DNA of 51,318 nt from Actinomycetota bacterium (GTDB taxonomy: Bacteria; Actinomycetota; Actinomycetes; Nanopelagicales; Nanopelagicaceae): NCBI GenBank assembly GCA_026392765.1, contig JAPLBL010000033.1:1-51318 (forward strand), read 5' to 3'. The notes below the pieces were generated by a model that was not told where the DNA came from, ran no database searches, and saw nothing but the letters and a program-made list of their open reading frames with translations. Numbering within the stretch: position 1 is the first letter of the stretch; every line of letters begins with the position of its first letter. Both the position numbers and the translations under genes were made by a program. Shown piece by piece: positions 10,886 through 19,183 of the stretch.

Positions 10886-12838
10886 TTACCAAATCCGAAC
10901 GCGCTCTTTTGGCGCTAGCCAGAGCTGATCTTTATCAGTCAGCGCGAATGCGTCATAGAACTCCTGGACATTGCGGACAATCTGGTTGCAACGGAACTCA
11001 TCAGGTGAGTGTGGGTCGATTGCAATGCGACGGCGCACCTCTTCAGGACGGTTCTTATTGCGCCATGAGTGCGCGTAGGAAAGGAAGAAGCGTTGATCAC
11101 CGGTAAATCCATCAATCACAGGGCTCTGTGCACCCTTGAGGGCCAATTTATAGGCCTTATAGGCGATTGCAAGGCCACCTAAGTCACCGATGTTCTCACC
11201 CAATGTGAAGGCGCCGTTAACGTGGATATCAGGTGTGCTCTCAGGTGAGAGCGCATCAAATTGTTTTACCAGAACGCTGGTGAGCTCTTCAAACTTTGCG
11301 CGATCCTCATCAAGCCACCAATCGACCATATTGCCATCGCCATCGTATTTCGATCCTTGATCATCAAATCCATGGCCGATCTCATGGCCGATCGTGGCAC
11401 CGATTCCGCCATAGTTGGCAGCCATCTCAGCATCCAAATCAAAGAATGGCGGCTGCAAGATGGCAGCAGGAAAGACGATTTCGTTAGCCAGAGGGTTGTA
11501 ATAGGCGTTCACTGTCTGAGGGTTCATATGCCACTCATCGCGATCGACAGGGGCGCCAATCTTTGCAATGGCATAGGCATGATCAAACTCTGCAATGCGC
11601 CAGAGGTTGCCAATCAAATCATCTGCTGAGATTTCAAGAGTTGAGTAATCGCGCCACTTATCGGGATAGCCAATCTTGGGAGTGAACTTCTTGAGCTTCT
11701 CCAGCGCCTTCTGCTTTGTGGCATCTGACATCCACGGCAGTTCCAGAATGCTCAAGCGATATGCCTCAAGGAGGTAATCGACCAAGACCTTCATCTCTTG
11801 CTTTGCGCGAGCAGGGAAATGCTTTTCCACATAGACCTTGCCGATGGCTTCTCCCAGTGCACCTTGTGTGACTGAGACTCCGCGCTTCCAGCGATCGCGG
11901 ATTTGTGGTGTGCCAGAGAGAGTCTTTGCATAGAACTCAAAGTTCTGCTGGACGATCTCATCGGTGAGGAAGGCCGCGCTCGCAGAGACGAGATTGAGTT
12001 TGAGCCAAGCCACCCATGAATCTCGGTTGGAATCAAAGCGAGCAAACATGGCAGAGAGTGATTCAAAGAAGGATGGTTCACAGACGACCAAGCTTTCAAA
12101 GGCTTTGGCTGGCACCTTCGCGTTGGTGGCCCAGGTGTCGAATAAGAAGTGTGGGGCAAGGCTTTCAAGCTCTGCCCGTGAATACTTGTTGTAGGTAAGG
12201 GTTGCATCGCGGTCTTTGACCTGATCCCAGTGATGGGTGGCAATCTCTGTCTCAAGAGTCAGAATCTTTTTCGCAACATCTGCGCCATTGGCGATTCCAA
12301 CAAGTGCGCACATCTTTGCCACGTGATCGAGGAATGCTGTGCGGATGGATGCGAACTGTTCTTCGCGGTAGTAGGACTCATCAGGAAGTGAGAGACCACC
12401 CTGGCCGATATAGAGAATATTGGTATTGGAATCCATCGCATCGGGATAGATAGCTGCCCCAAAGATTCCACCGATGCCGCGCATCTCAAGGCGGGCCATG
12501 ACGGTGATGAATTCATTTAAGTTGGTAATGCCATCGATAGCAGCAAGGTCATCGACGATAGGTGATATTCCACGAGCCTTGATGGCATCGGTATCCATAA
12601 ATGATTTATAGAGATCACCAATCTTCTGGGCTTCACCCACACCCGATGATGTCTCAATAATCTGGCGAACTTGCTCCTCAGCCTCATCATGGAGTTTGCG
12701 AAAGATTCCATCGCTGGAGCGATCTGCCGGCATCTCATACTCGCGGACCCACTTGCCGTTGTAGTGGCGAAAGAGGTCATCTTGAGGGCGGACCAATGGG
12801 TCGAGGGAGGCGCTATCGATTCCTGATGTGAGGCTCAT
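10886..12838 (-). CDS. M13 family zinc metalloendopeptidase (PepO/Zmp1-like)
   Basis: VRPQDDLF, VNAYY, HEIGHGFD zinc motif, GENIGD, DPHSP. Confidence 0.95.
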   Translation of the reverse strand: MSLTSGIDSASLDPLVRPQDDLFRHYNGKWVREYEMPADRSSDGIFRKLHDEAEEQVRQIIETSSGVGEAQKIGDLYKSFMDTDAIKARGISPIVDDLAAIDGITNLNEFITVMARLEMRGIGGIFGAAIYPDAMDSNTNILYIGQGGLSLPDESYYREEQFASIRTAFLDHVAKMCALVGIANGADVAKKILTLETEIATHHWDQVKDRDATLTYNKYSRAELESLAPHFLFDTWATNAKVPAKAFESLVVCEPSFFESLSAMFARFDSNRDSWVAWLKLNLVSASAAFLTDEIVQQNFEFYAKTLSGTPQIRDRWKRGVSVTQGALGEAIGKVYVEKHFPARAKQEMKVLVDYLLEAYRLSILELPWMSDATKQKALEKLKKFTPKIGYPDKWRDYSTLEISADDLIGNLWRIAEFDHAYAIAKIGAPVDRDEWHMNPQTVNAYYNPLANEIVFPAAILQPPFFDLDAEMAANYGGIGATIGHEIGHGFDDQGSKYDGDGNMVDWWLDEDRAKFEELTSVLVKQFDALSPESTPDIHVNGAFTLGENIGDLGGLAIAYKAYKLALKGAQSPVIDGFTGDQRFFLSYAHSWRNKNRPEEVRRRIAIDPHSPDEFRCNQIVRNVQEFYDAFALTDKDQLWLAPKERVRIW

Positions 12839-12865
12839 GTCATCCAATTCGCTAAGAAAAAAGTA

Positions 12866-12879
12866 GTTGAAAGTTCAAC
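12866..12879. promoter_or_regulatory. palindromic MarR (RosR-type) operator
   Basis: GTTGAA-AG-TTCAAC in the divergent peptidase/marR spacer; resembles the Corynebacterium RosR consensus TTGTTGAYRYRTCAACWA. Confidence 0.65.
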
Positions 12880-12909
12880 GTATTCTACTTCTGCCGTACA
12901 CTTCTATGC

Positions 12910-13392
12910 ATGGCAGGGCAAAACGCTACAACACCACGCTGGTTAAACCCTGCCGAAATGAAGGCTTGGCGCCGCTACATCATCGCTAGCCGGCGCCTAC
13001 TTGAGGCGCTGGATTACGACCTCGATCACCATGAGCTCTCGATGGCAGATTATGAAGTCTTGGCACAACTGAGCGATGCCCCAGAGCGACGAATGCGTAT
13101 GAGTGAGTTGGCAGATATGGCAATGCTCTCAAGATCTCGTCTGTCACACAGAATTAAGGTGATGGAGAAGGCCGGCTGGGTAAAGCGCGAGGCCTGCCCC
13201 ATCGATAAACGTGGCTACTTCGCTGTCATGACTGCCAAGGGATGGAAAGCGATTGTCGCTGCTGCCCCAGATCATGTCGATAGCGTGCGAGGCAGATTTC
13301 TAGATCACCTGACAAAGGAAGATCAGAAGGTATTGGCAGAGATTTTCGAACGTGTGAGTGATTCACTGAAAGAGAATCCGCTAGAGGATTAG
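12910..13392 (+). CDS. MarR family transcriptional regulator (RosR-like)
   Basis: TTPRWL N-terminus, winged HTH RMRMSELA...SRSRLSH, wing motif ACPIDKRG. Confidence 0.92.
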   Translation: MAGQNATTPRWLNPAEMKAWRRYIIASRRLLEALDYDLDHHELSMADYEVLAQLSDAPERRMRMSELADMAMLSRSRLSHRIKVMEKAGWVKREACPIDKRGYFAVMTAKGWKAIVAAAPDHVDSVRGRFLDHLTKEDQKVLAEIFERVSDSLKENPLED

Positions 13393-13401
13393 TTGTAAGC
13401 A

Positions 13402-13439
13402 ATAAAAAACCCCGCCAGTTGCCTGGCGGGGTTTTTTAT
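13402..13439. terminator. bidirectional intrinsic terminator
   Basis: ATAAAAAACCCCGCCAG-ttgc-CTGGCGGGGTTTTTTAT with A/T tails on both sides. Confidence 0.9.
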
Positions 13440-13449
13440 AAGTAATGAA

Positions 13450-13724
13450 TTACTTAGCTGCTGCCTTCTTGCGACGGCGGCGCTTTGGAGCAGCTGCTGG
13501 AGCTGCTGCCTTCTTCTTGCGGCGCTTTGGAGCAGCCTTCTTAGCTGCTGCCTTCTTCTTGCGGCGCTTTGGAGCAGCCTTCTTAGCTGCTGCCTTCTTA
13601 CGACGCTTTGGAGCAGCCTTCTTAGCTGCTGCGTTGCAGCAGCCTTCTTACGACGCTTCTTAGGTGCTGCTGGTGCAGCTGCCTTCTTGCGCTTCTTTGG
13701 AGCAGATTTCTTAGCTGCAGCCAT
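13450..13724 (-). CDS. histone H1-like Lys/Ala/Arg-repeat protein, interrupted by a 1-nt frameshift near 13633
   Basis: SD AGGAGA, ATG at 13724, MAAAKKSAPKKRKKAAAPAAPKKRRKKAAA. After the 2-nt remnant AC, the repeats AAAKKAAPKRRKK(K) resume in another frame to TAA at 13452-13450, just before the terminator. Span is 275 nt, one short of 92 codons. Confidence 0.75.
13501..13623. repeat. coding tandem repeat (42, 42 and 39 nt)
   Basis: AGCTGCTGCCTTCTTCTTGCGGCGCTTTGGAGCAGCCTTCTT occurs twice perfectly, followed by a 39-nt variant. Confidence 0.9.
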
Positions 13725-13949
13725 GTGTTTATCTCCTAATCGGAAGGGTTCGGATCCGTCACCCAAACCTGTTTCGTGGATAAGTGTGACTGAATATGGA
13801 AAGAATTACCACTACATTGTGAGAAAAATTGCAGTGCGTGTCGCTAATTATTTTTTTATTTTTTCTGTGCTCTTTCGCAATTTCGCTAACTATTTTTCAA
13901 CCAGATTTACCGAAATTTGGGAAAAAATGTTGAAAATTTGGCGCACGAG

Positions 13950-15218
13950 TTAAGAAATCTCCCGATTTTTACGAATTTCCCGCTCTCGAACGGCAAATTC
14001 GTTGGTTTGGACGTCGTATTTCCACATTTTCGGCAAGAAAATTGCCAAAAATGCGACCACAACGACACACATCAACCCCCCGGAAGTTACCGAGATCGAC
14101 AAGGTGGTAGCTGCGGCCATAGAAGCTGCGCGAAGTTGGCCAGCTAAGGGACCGACTGAATAGGAAAGTAATTCGATTCCGGCAAGACGTCCACGGAAGT
14201 GATCGGGGATGGTCTGGTTCCAAATATTTCCCCGGAAGAGGGCGCTGACCATATCCGATGCGCCGGCAACGGTGAGAAAGAAAAGGACAAAGATCAGTGA
14301 GGTGCTTAGGCCAGCTGCTGCAATGGCAAGTCCCCATCCCATCGCAGCCAAGATGACGGCGCGACCGTGATAGCGATAGGTGCGAGTCCACCCCGATGTC
14401 AAAGTGACAATGACAGATCCGACAGTGATGGCGGCATAGAACATTCCGAGGGCCCACGGTGCATTTAATTCATCTGCCCAGAAAGGATAGAGAGCCATCG
14501 GCATTGCAAGAGTCATCGCTGCAAGATCGATGATGTAAGTACCTAATAAATCTTGTCTCTTGAATGCATATCTCACACCATCTAATAACGCTGACAGAGA
14601 TGGCTTTTCGGCCTCCTTGGAATGAGGAATAGAGCGCACCCGTGCAAGGAAAAGTAGCGAGAGTACATATGTTGCAATATCTACAACGTATCCAGCGCTG
14701 ACCGATAGCGTTGAGAAGATAATGCCGCCAATGGTCGGTCCGACGATGACACCTAACTGCCACCGCAAACTTAAGAGAGCACTTGCTGCTGGTAAATCTT
14801 CATGGCTGACAAGCCGTGGCAACATCGCATCCATCGAAGGGCGCTGCAGACCATCGACTACGGCAAAGAGAGCCGCGACGAGATAGATGGCAAGGGTGGT
14901 CGGGCTGCCAAGAAGTGAATTGCCAAGGAGAACCAAGACCAAGATGAGGGCTCCGGCTTCAGTTACCCAGACCATCTTCTTGCGATCGACAGAGTCTGCA
15001 AGGACGCCGCCATAGAGACCAAAGATGATGAGAGGCACAATCTCAACAACACCCAGAAGTCCTACTGCGAGGTAGGAACCGGTGAGCTCTTTGAGTTGAA
15101 AGGGCAGTGCAACGTAGGTGATCATCGATCCGAAGTAGGAAATCAGCCCTGCAGTCCAGAGATTACGAAAATCTGGGTACTTCTTTAGGGGAGTCAGATC
15201 AATTGCAAAGTTAGCCAC
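13950..15218 (-). CDS. MFS transporter (EntS-like, MFS_3)
   Basis: DLTPLKKYPDFRNLW, GGVLADSVDRKK, PDHFRGR; about 12 TMs. GTG start 6 nt after TAGTCT. Confidence 0.9.
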   Translation of the reverse strand: MANFAIDLTPLKKYPDFRNLWTAGLISYFGSMITYVALPFQLKELTGSYLAVGLLGVVEIVPLIIFGLYGGVLADSVDRKKMVWVTEAGALILVLVLLGNSLLGSPTTLAIYLVAALFAVVDGLQRPSMDAMLPRLVSHEDLPAASALLSLRWQLGVIVGPTIGGIIFSTLSVSAGYVVDIATYVLSLLFLARVRSIPHSKEAEKPSLSALLDGVRYAFKRQDLLGTYIIDLAAMTLAMPMALYPFWADELNAPWALGMFYAAITVGSVIVTLTSGWTRTYRYHGRAVILAAMGWGLAIAAAGLSTSLIFVLFFLTVAGASDMVSALFRGNIWNQTIPDHFRGRLAGIELLSYSVGPLAGQLRAASMAAATTLSISVTSGGLMCVVVVAFLAIFLPKMWKYDVQTNEFAVREREIRKNREIS

Positions 15219-15227
15219 CTGCAAAGA

Positions 15228-16049
15228 CTAGTGAAAGGTTTCCTTTTCGGAAGGAAATGCACCAGAGCGAACCTCGAGAGCAAATTCCTGGGTTGCATCG
15301 AAGAGCTCTTTACGCAGATTGCGATATGCCTTGGCAAGCTTGGGAGGATTGGCAGTCAGCCCTGCCATATCTGTCCAGACAAGCACTTGGGCATCGCACA
15401 CACTTCCTGCACCGATTCCGATGGTGGGAATAGAAAGGGCGGCAGTAATGCGGGCGGCAAGTTCAGCTGGAACGAGTTCAAGAACGATGGCAAAGGCTCC
15501 AGCTTTTTCTAGGGCGAGGGCTGCATCGAAAATCACATCTGCATCATCTCTGCCCTGCACGCGATAGCCACCTAATTGGTGAAGAGATTGCGGGGTAAGA
15601 CCCAGATGGCCCATGACGGGAATACCGACGGAGGTGAGCTTTTCAACGGTAGCAAGGTGAGCACCTTCTAACTTCACTCCCATCGCACCTGCTTCTTTAA
15701 AAAATCGTGTTGAGGTGGCAAGTGCAAGTTCTGCTGATGCTTCATAGGAACCAAAGGGAAGGTCGGCAATGACAAGGGCGCGGTTGGATCCTCGAACAAC
15801 GGCGCGGGTTAGTGGAATCAAATCATCGACTGTGACCGGGATGGTGTTCTCTTCCCCGAGAAAATTATTGCCAGCGCTATCGCCCACAAGGAGGACGGGG
15901 ATTCCTGCCTCATCAAAGATCGATGCAGTCATCTGCTCATAGCTTGTGAGCATCGCCCATTTCTCACCGCGCTCTTTGGCAGCGCGCAGGTCAAGGATGG
16001 TGACGCGACGATGGGATGCACCGCCATAGAGGGTCGTTGATGTGCTCAT
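15228..16049 (-). CDS. panB: 3-methyl-2-oxobutanoate hydroxymethyltransferase
   Basis: MLTSYE, LLVGDS, ADLPFGSY, GVKLEG, GHLGLTPQS, TIGIGAG. Confidence 0.96.
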   Translation of the reverse strand: MSTSTTLYGGASHRRVTILDLRAAKERGEKWAMLTSYEQMTASIFDEAGIPVLLVGDSAGNNFLGEENTIPVTVDDLIPLTRAVVRGSNRALVIADLPFGSYEASAELALATSTRFFKEAGAMGVKLEGAHLATVEKLTSVGIPVMGHLGLTPQSLHQLGGYRVQGRDDADVIFDAALALEKAGAFAIVLELVPAELAARITAALSIPTIGIGAGSVCDAQVLVWTDMAGLTANPPKLAKAYRNLRKELFDATQEFALEVRSGAFPSEKETFH

Positions 16050-16063
16050 AATTTCTTCTCCTG

Positions 16064-16091
16064 CCTCGAAGCCTCATGCGAGGTCCCCGGG
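16064..16091 (-). promoter_or_regulatory. candidate cis-regulatory RNA hairpin with two bulged A residues in the panB 5' UTR (pan-motif-like)
   Basis: Minus strand CC-CGGGG-A-CCTC-GCAT-GAGG-CTTCG-A-GG, lying between the -10 TAGCAT (16106-16101) and the SD AGGAG (16062-16058). Confidence 0.5.
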
Positions 16092-16125
16092 TCGACACCA
16101 ATGCTACTCCCGATACTCTTGAACT

Positions 16126-17793
16126 ATGAAGTTGCGTTTGGCGCTAGCTCAGATAAACCCCACGGTCGGAGACCTTGCGGGTAATGCTGCGCTGATTACC
16201 CAATCAGTCGATCAGGCTGTTGCAGCCGGTGCCCATATCGCAATCTTTCCTGAGATGGTGCTGACCGGTTATCCGGTGGAGGATTTAGCGCTGCGCCCTT
16301 CTTTTCAGGTGGCGAGTAAGAGCGCACTTACAGCACTGGCCACACAATTAGATAAGAGCATCGTCTCTATCGTGGGTTACTTAGACCAGGTCGATGGCAA
16401 GCCACAGAATATGGTCGCTGTCATTGCAGGCGGGCAAGTAAAGGCGCGTTATGCAAAGTGCCACCTGCCTAACTACGGCGTCTTTGATGAGTTCCGTAAT
16501 TTTGTTGCAGGAGATTCAACCCTTGTCGTGCGCATCCATGGCATCGATGTTGGCATCGCTATCTGTGAAGACCTCTGGATCGATGGGGGAATTACCGCGC
16601 AGCTGGCAGAGCGCACACCAGGGCTCGTCATTGTTCCCAATGGATCTCCCTATGAGAGAGCGAAAGATGATGTGCGCCTTGCTCTGGTTACCAAGCGCGC
16701 TCGCGAGGCGAAGGCTCCACTTGCCTATGTGAATATGACCGGCGGCCAAGATGATCTGGTCTTTGATGGGGACAGCATTGTTGTGAATTCTGATGGAGCC
16801 GTCATTGCCCGCGCTCCTCAATTTGAAGATGGTGTGATGATTGTCGATGTCGATGTTGCACCTGGCACATCAACTCCTGATGTCATTATCTCTGAAGAGG
16901 CAGTCGAGATTGCAAAGCCTTCCATTCCTGGAATCGCTCATCGTTTAGGTGATGAAGAAGAGATGTGGAACGCCATTGTTGTGGGCCTTCGCGATTATGT
17001 GAGAAAGAATGGCTTCACCTCAGTCCTCGTTGGTTTATCTGGCGGCATTGATTCAGCATTGGTTGCAGCACTTGCCATTGATGCACTGGGCCCTGATCGC
17101 GTGCACGGTGTTGCCATGCCAAGTAAGTATTCATCTGAGCATTCCATTGAAGATGCCCAATTGATGGCTGCAAATACTGGCCTTGGCTTTCGCATTATTG
17201 AAATCCAGAAGATGGTCGATGCCTTCCTGAAAGAAGTAGAGCTCACCGGTCTTGCTGAGGAAAATGTGCAGGCACGTGTGCGCGGCACAACGCTGATGGG
17301 CCTTTCTAATCAACATGGCCACTTAGTACTTGCCACAGGAAATAAATCAGAGCTCGCCTGCGGATACTCCACTCTCTATGGCGATGCTGTCGGTGGCTAT
17401 GCACCGATTAAAGATATTTATAAGACAGATGTGTGGGCACTTTCTCGTTGGCGCAATCAGGTGGCAAAGGATGCAGGTGAAGTGCCACCAATTCCTGAGC
17501 GCTCCATTACGAAGGAGCCCTCTGCTGAGCTGCGTCCTGATCAGAAGGATTCTGATTCACTTCCAGAATATGAAGTATTGGATAAAGTCTTAAAGGCCTA
17601 TGTCGATGATGATTTGGGACGCGATGCCCTTATTGCTGCAGGCTTTGATAAAGCACTTGTCATGCGAGTGATCTCTATGGTCGATAGGGCCGAATACAAG
17701 AGGCGCCAATATCCACCTGGCACCAAGGTCTCCAAGCGTGCCTTCGGTAAGGATCGACGCCTGCCTATGACTAGTAAGTGGCGCGAACTCTAA
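16126..17793 (+). CDS. nadE: glutamine-dependent NAD+ synthetase
   Basis: Nitrilase domain (FPEM, KCHLPNYGVFDE, ICEDLW) plus synthetase domain (GLSGGIDS, ATGNKSE, PSAEL, YKRRQ). Confidence 0.96.
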   Translation: MKLRLALAQINPTVGDLAGNAALITQSVDQAVAAGAHIAIFPEMVLTGYPVEDLALRPSFQVASKSALTALATQLDKSIVSIVGYLDQVDGKPQNMVAVIAGGQVKARYAKCHLPNYGVFDEFRNFVAGDSTLVVRIHGIDVGIAICEDLWIDGGITAQLAERTPGLVIVPNGSPYERAKDDVRLALVTKRAREAKAPLAYVNMTGGQDDLVFDGDSIVVNSDGAVIARAPQFEDGVMIVDVDVAPGTSTPDVIISEEAVEIAKPSIPGIAHRLGDEEEMWNAIVVGLRDYVRKNGFTSVLVGLSGGIDSALVAALAIDALGPDRVHGVAMPSKYSSEHSIEDAQLMAANTGLGFRIIEIQKMVDAFLKEVELTGLAEENVQARVRGTTLMGLSNQHGHLVLATGNKSELACGYSTLYGDAVGGYAPIKDIYKTDVWALSRWRNQVAKDAGEVPPIPERSITKEPSAELRPDQKDSDSLPEYEVLDKVLKAYVDDDLGRDALIAAGFDKALVMRVISMVDRAEYKRRQYPPGTKVSKRAFGKDRRLPMTSKWREL

Positions 17794-17797
17794 TTTT

Positions 17798-17813
17798 GTA
17801 ACACTGCCGTAAC
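17798..17813 (+). promoter_or_regulatory. GlnR-type box
   Basis: GTAAC-actgcc-GTAAC (11-nt period) upstream of the -10 CACGAT of glnA; fits the actinobacterial gTnAc-n6-GaAAc consensus. Confidence 0.65.
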
Positions 17814-17836
17814 TTCACTTTGGCACGATGGGCCAC

Positions 17837-19147
17837 ATGTCCCCAAGTGAGAACATCAGCAAGCAGCAAGAGTTCGTCCTTCGCACTATCGAAGAGCGCG
17901 ATATTCGTTTCATTCGCCTGTGGTTTACCGACATTCTTGGAACGTTGAAATCTGTCGCTATCGCACCTGCTGAATTAGAAAATGCCTTTGAAGAAGGAAT
18001 CGGTTTCGATGGTTCTGCGATTCAAGGATTTGCTCGCGAATTTGAATCCGATATGTTGGCAAAGCCAGATCCTGCAACATTTACTATCTTGCCTTGGCGC
18101 GCTGAAGCACAAGGTGCTGCGCGTATGTTCTGCGACATTACTCTGCCAAGTGGTGAGGCATCTCCTGCAGATCCGCGCAATGTTCTTCGTCGCACCTTAG
18201 ATAAGGCTGCCAAGATGGGATATACCTGTTACACCCATCCTGAAATTGAATTCTTCCTCTTTAAATCACAACCTGAAAAAGGTGTGGCACCTGTTCCCGT
18301 TGATCAAGGCGGCTACTTCGATCACACACCAGCAGTTGTGGGACATGACTTCCGTCGTCAGGCAATTACGCTGCTTGAGGCCATGGGCGTCTCTGTTGAA
18401 TTTAGCCATCATGAGGGAGCACCTGGCCAACAGGAGATTGATCTTCGTTATGCAGATGCCTTAAGCACTGCAGATAACATCATGACTTTCCGCCATGTGA
18501 TTAAAGAAGTTGCTCTGAACCAAGGATTCTTTGCATCCTTTATGCCTAAGCCCTTTACTGATCACCCTGGCTCTGGAATGCATACCCACGTCTCACTCTT
18601 TGATGGTGAGAAGAATGCTTTCTATGATTCCAGTGCAGAGCTCAATCTTTCAACAGTGGGCCGCCAATTTATTGCAGGCATCTTGAAGCATGCTGCAGAA
18701 ATTACGGCGGTGACAAACCAATGGGTCAACTCTTATAAGCGCCTGCAAGGTGGGGGAGAAGCGCCATCGATTATCAACTGGGGCCACAATGATCGAGGTG
18801 CTCTTGTGAGAATTCCTATGTATAAGCCAAAGAAAGAGAACTCAACACGTATTGAATTCCGCTCACCAGATTCTGCATGTAATCCATACCTTGCCTATGC
18901 AGTGATGTTAGCTGCAGGTCTTAAGGGAATTGAGAAGAAGTATGTTCTTGAGCCATCAACGGATACCCAACTACTTCCATCAAATCTTGAAGAGGCAATC
19001 CTTGTGATGGAGAAGAGTGAACTTGTGCGCCAGACACTGGGTGAGCATGTATTTGATTACTTCCTTCGCAATAAGCGCTCTGAGTGGCAGGACTACCGCC
19101 GCCAGGTCAGCGCCTATGAATTAGATCGATATTTACCCGTCCTCTAA
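17837..19147 (+). CDS. glnA: type I glutamine synthetase family protein (actinobacterial GlnA2-like)
   Basis: IRLWFTDILG, GFDGSAI, HPEIEFF, HHEGAPGQQEI, FMPKP, GSGMHTH, RIEFRSPD; no NLY adenylylation motif. Confidence 0.93.
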   Translation: MSPSENISKQQEFVLRTIEERDIRFIRLWFTDILGTLKSVAIAPAELENAFEEGIGFDGSAIQGFAREFESDMLAKPDPATFTILPWRAEAQGAARMFCDITLPSGEASPADPRNVLRRTLDKAAKMGYTCYTHPEIEFFLFKSQPEKGVAPVPVDQGGYFDHTPAVVGHDFRRQAITLLEAMGVSVEFSHHEGAPGQQEIDLRYADALSTADNIMTFRHVIKEVALNQGFFASFMPKPFTDHPGSGMHTHVSLFDGEKNAFYDSSAELNLSTVGRQFIAGILKHAAEITAVTNQWVNSYKRLQGGGEAPSIINWGHNDRGALVRIPMYKPKKENSTRIEFRSPDSACNPYLAYAVMLAAGLKGIEKKYVLEPSTDTQLLPSNLEEAILVMEKSELVRQTLGEHVFDYFLRNKRSEWQDYRRQVSAYELDRYLPVL

Positions 19148-19183
19148 CAAGGATTTTGGCAAGGACTTCTGTAGCATTTTGCT

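Noticed and set aside
13501-13623. Direct repeats as a possible CRISPR array
   Set aside because: The repeats are contiguous, codon-multiple and have no unique spacers; no cas genes in the window.
13445-13663. Plus-strand ORF with AAAFFLRRFG repeats
   Set aside because: Antisense shadow of the histone-like repeat; no SD or promoter.
13389-13766. 125-aa ORF-track protein ending in QQLRRLLQS repeats
   Set aside because: It is the out-of-frame continuation of the K/A/R-repeat gene. It runs through the terminator, and its upstream start ignores the SD-linked ATG at 13724.
13775-13783. DnaA-box-like TTATCCACG in an AT-rich spacer (possible oriC)
   Set aside because: A single mismatched box with no dnaA/dnaN context; not enough to call.
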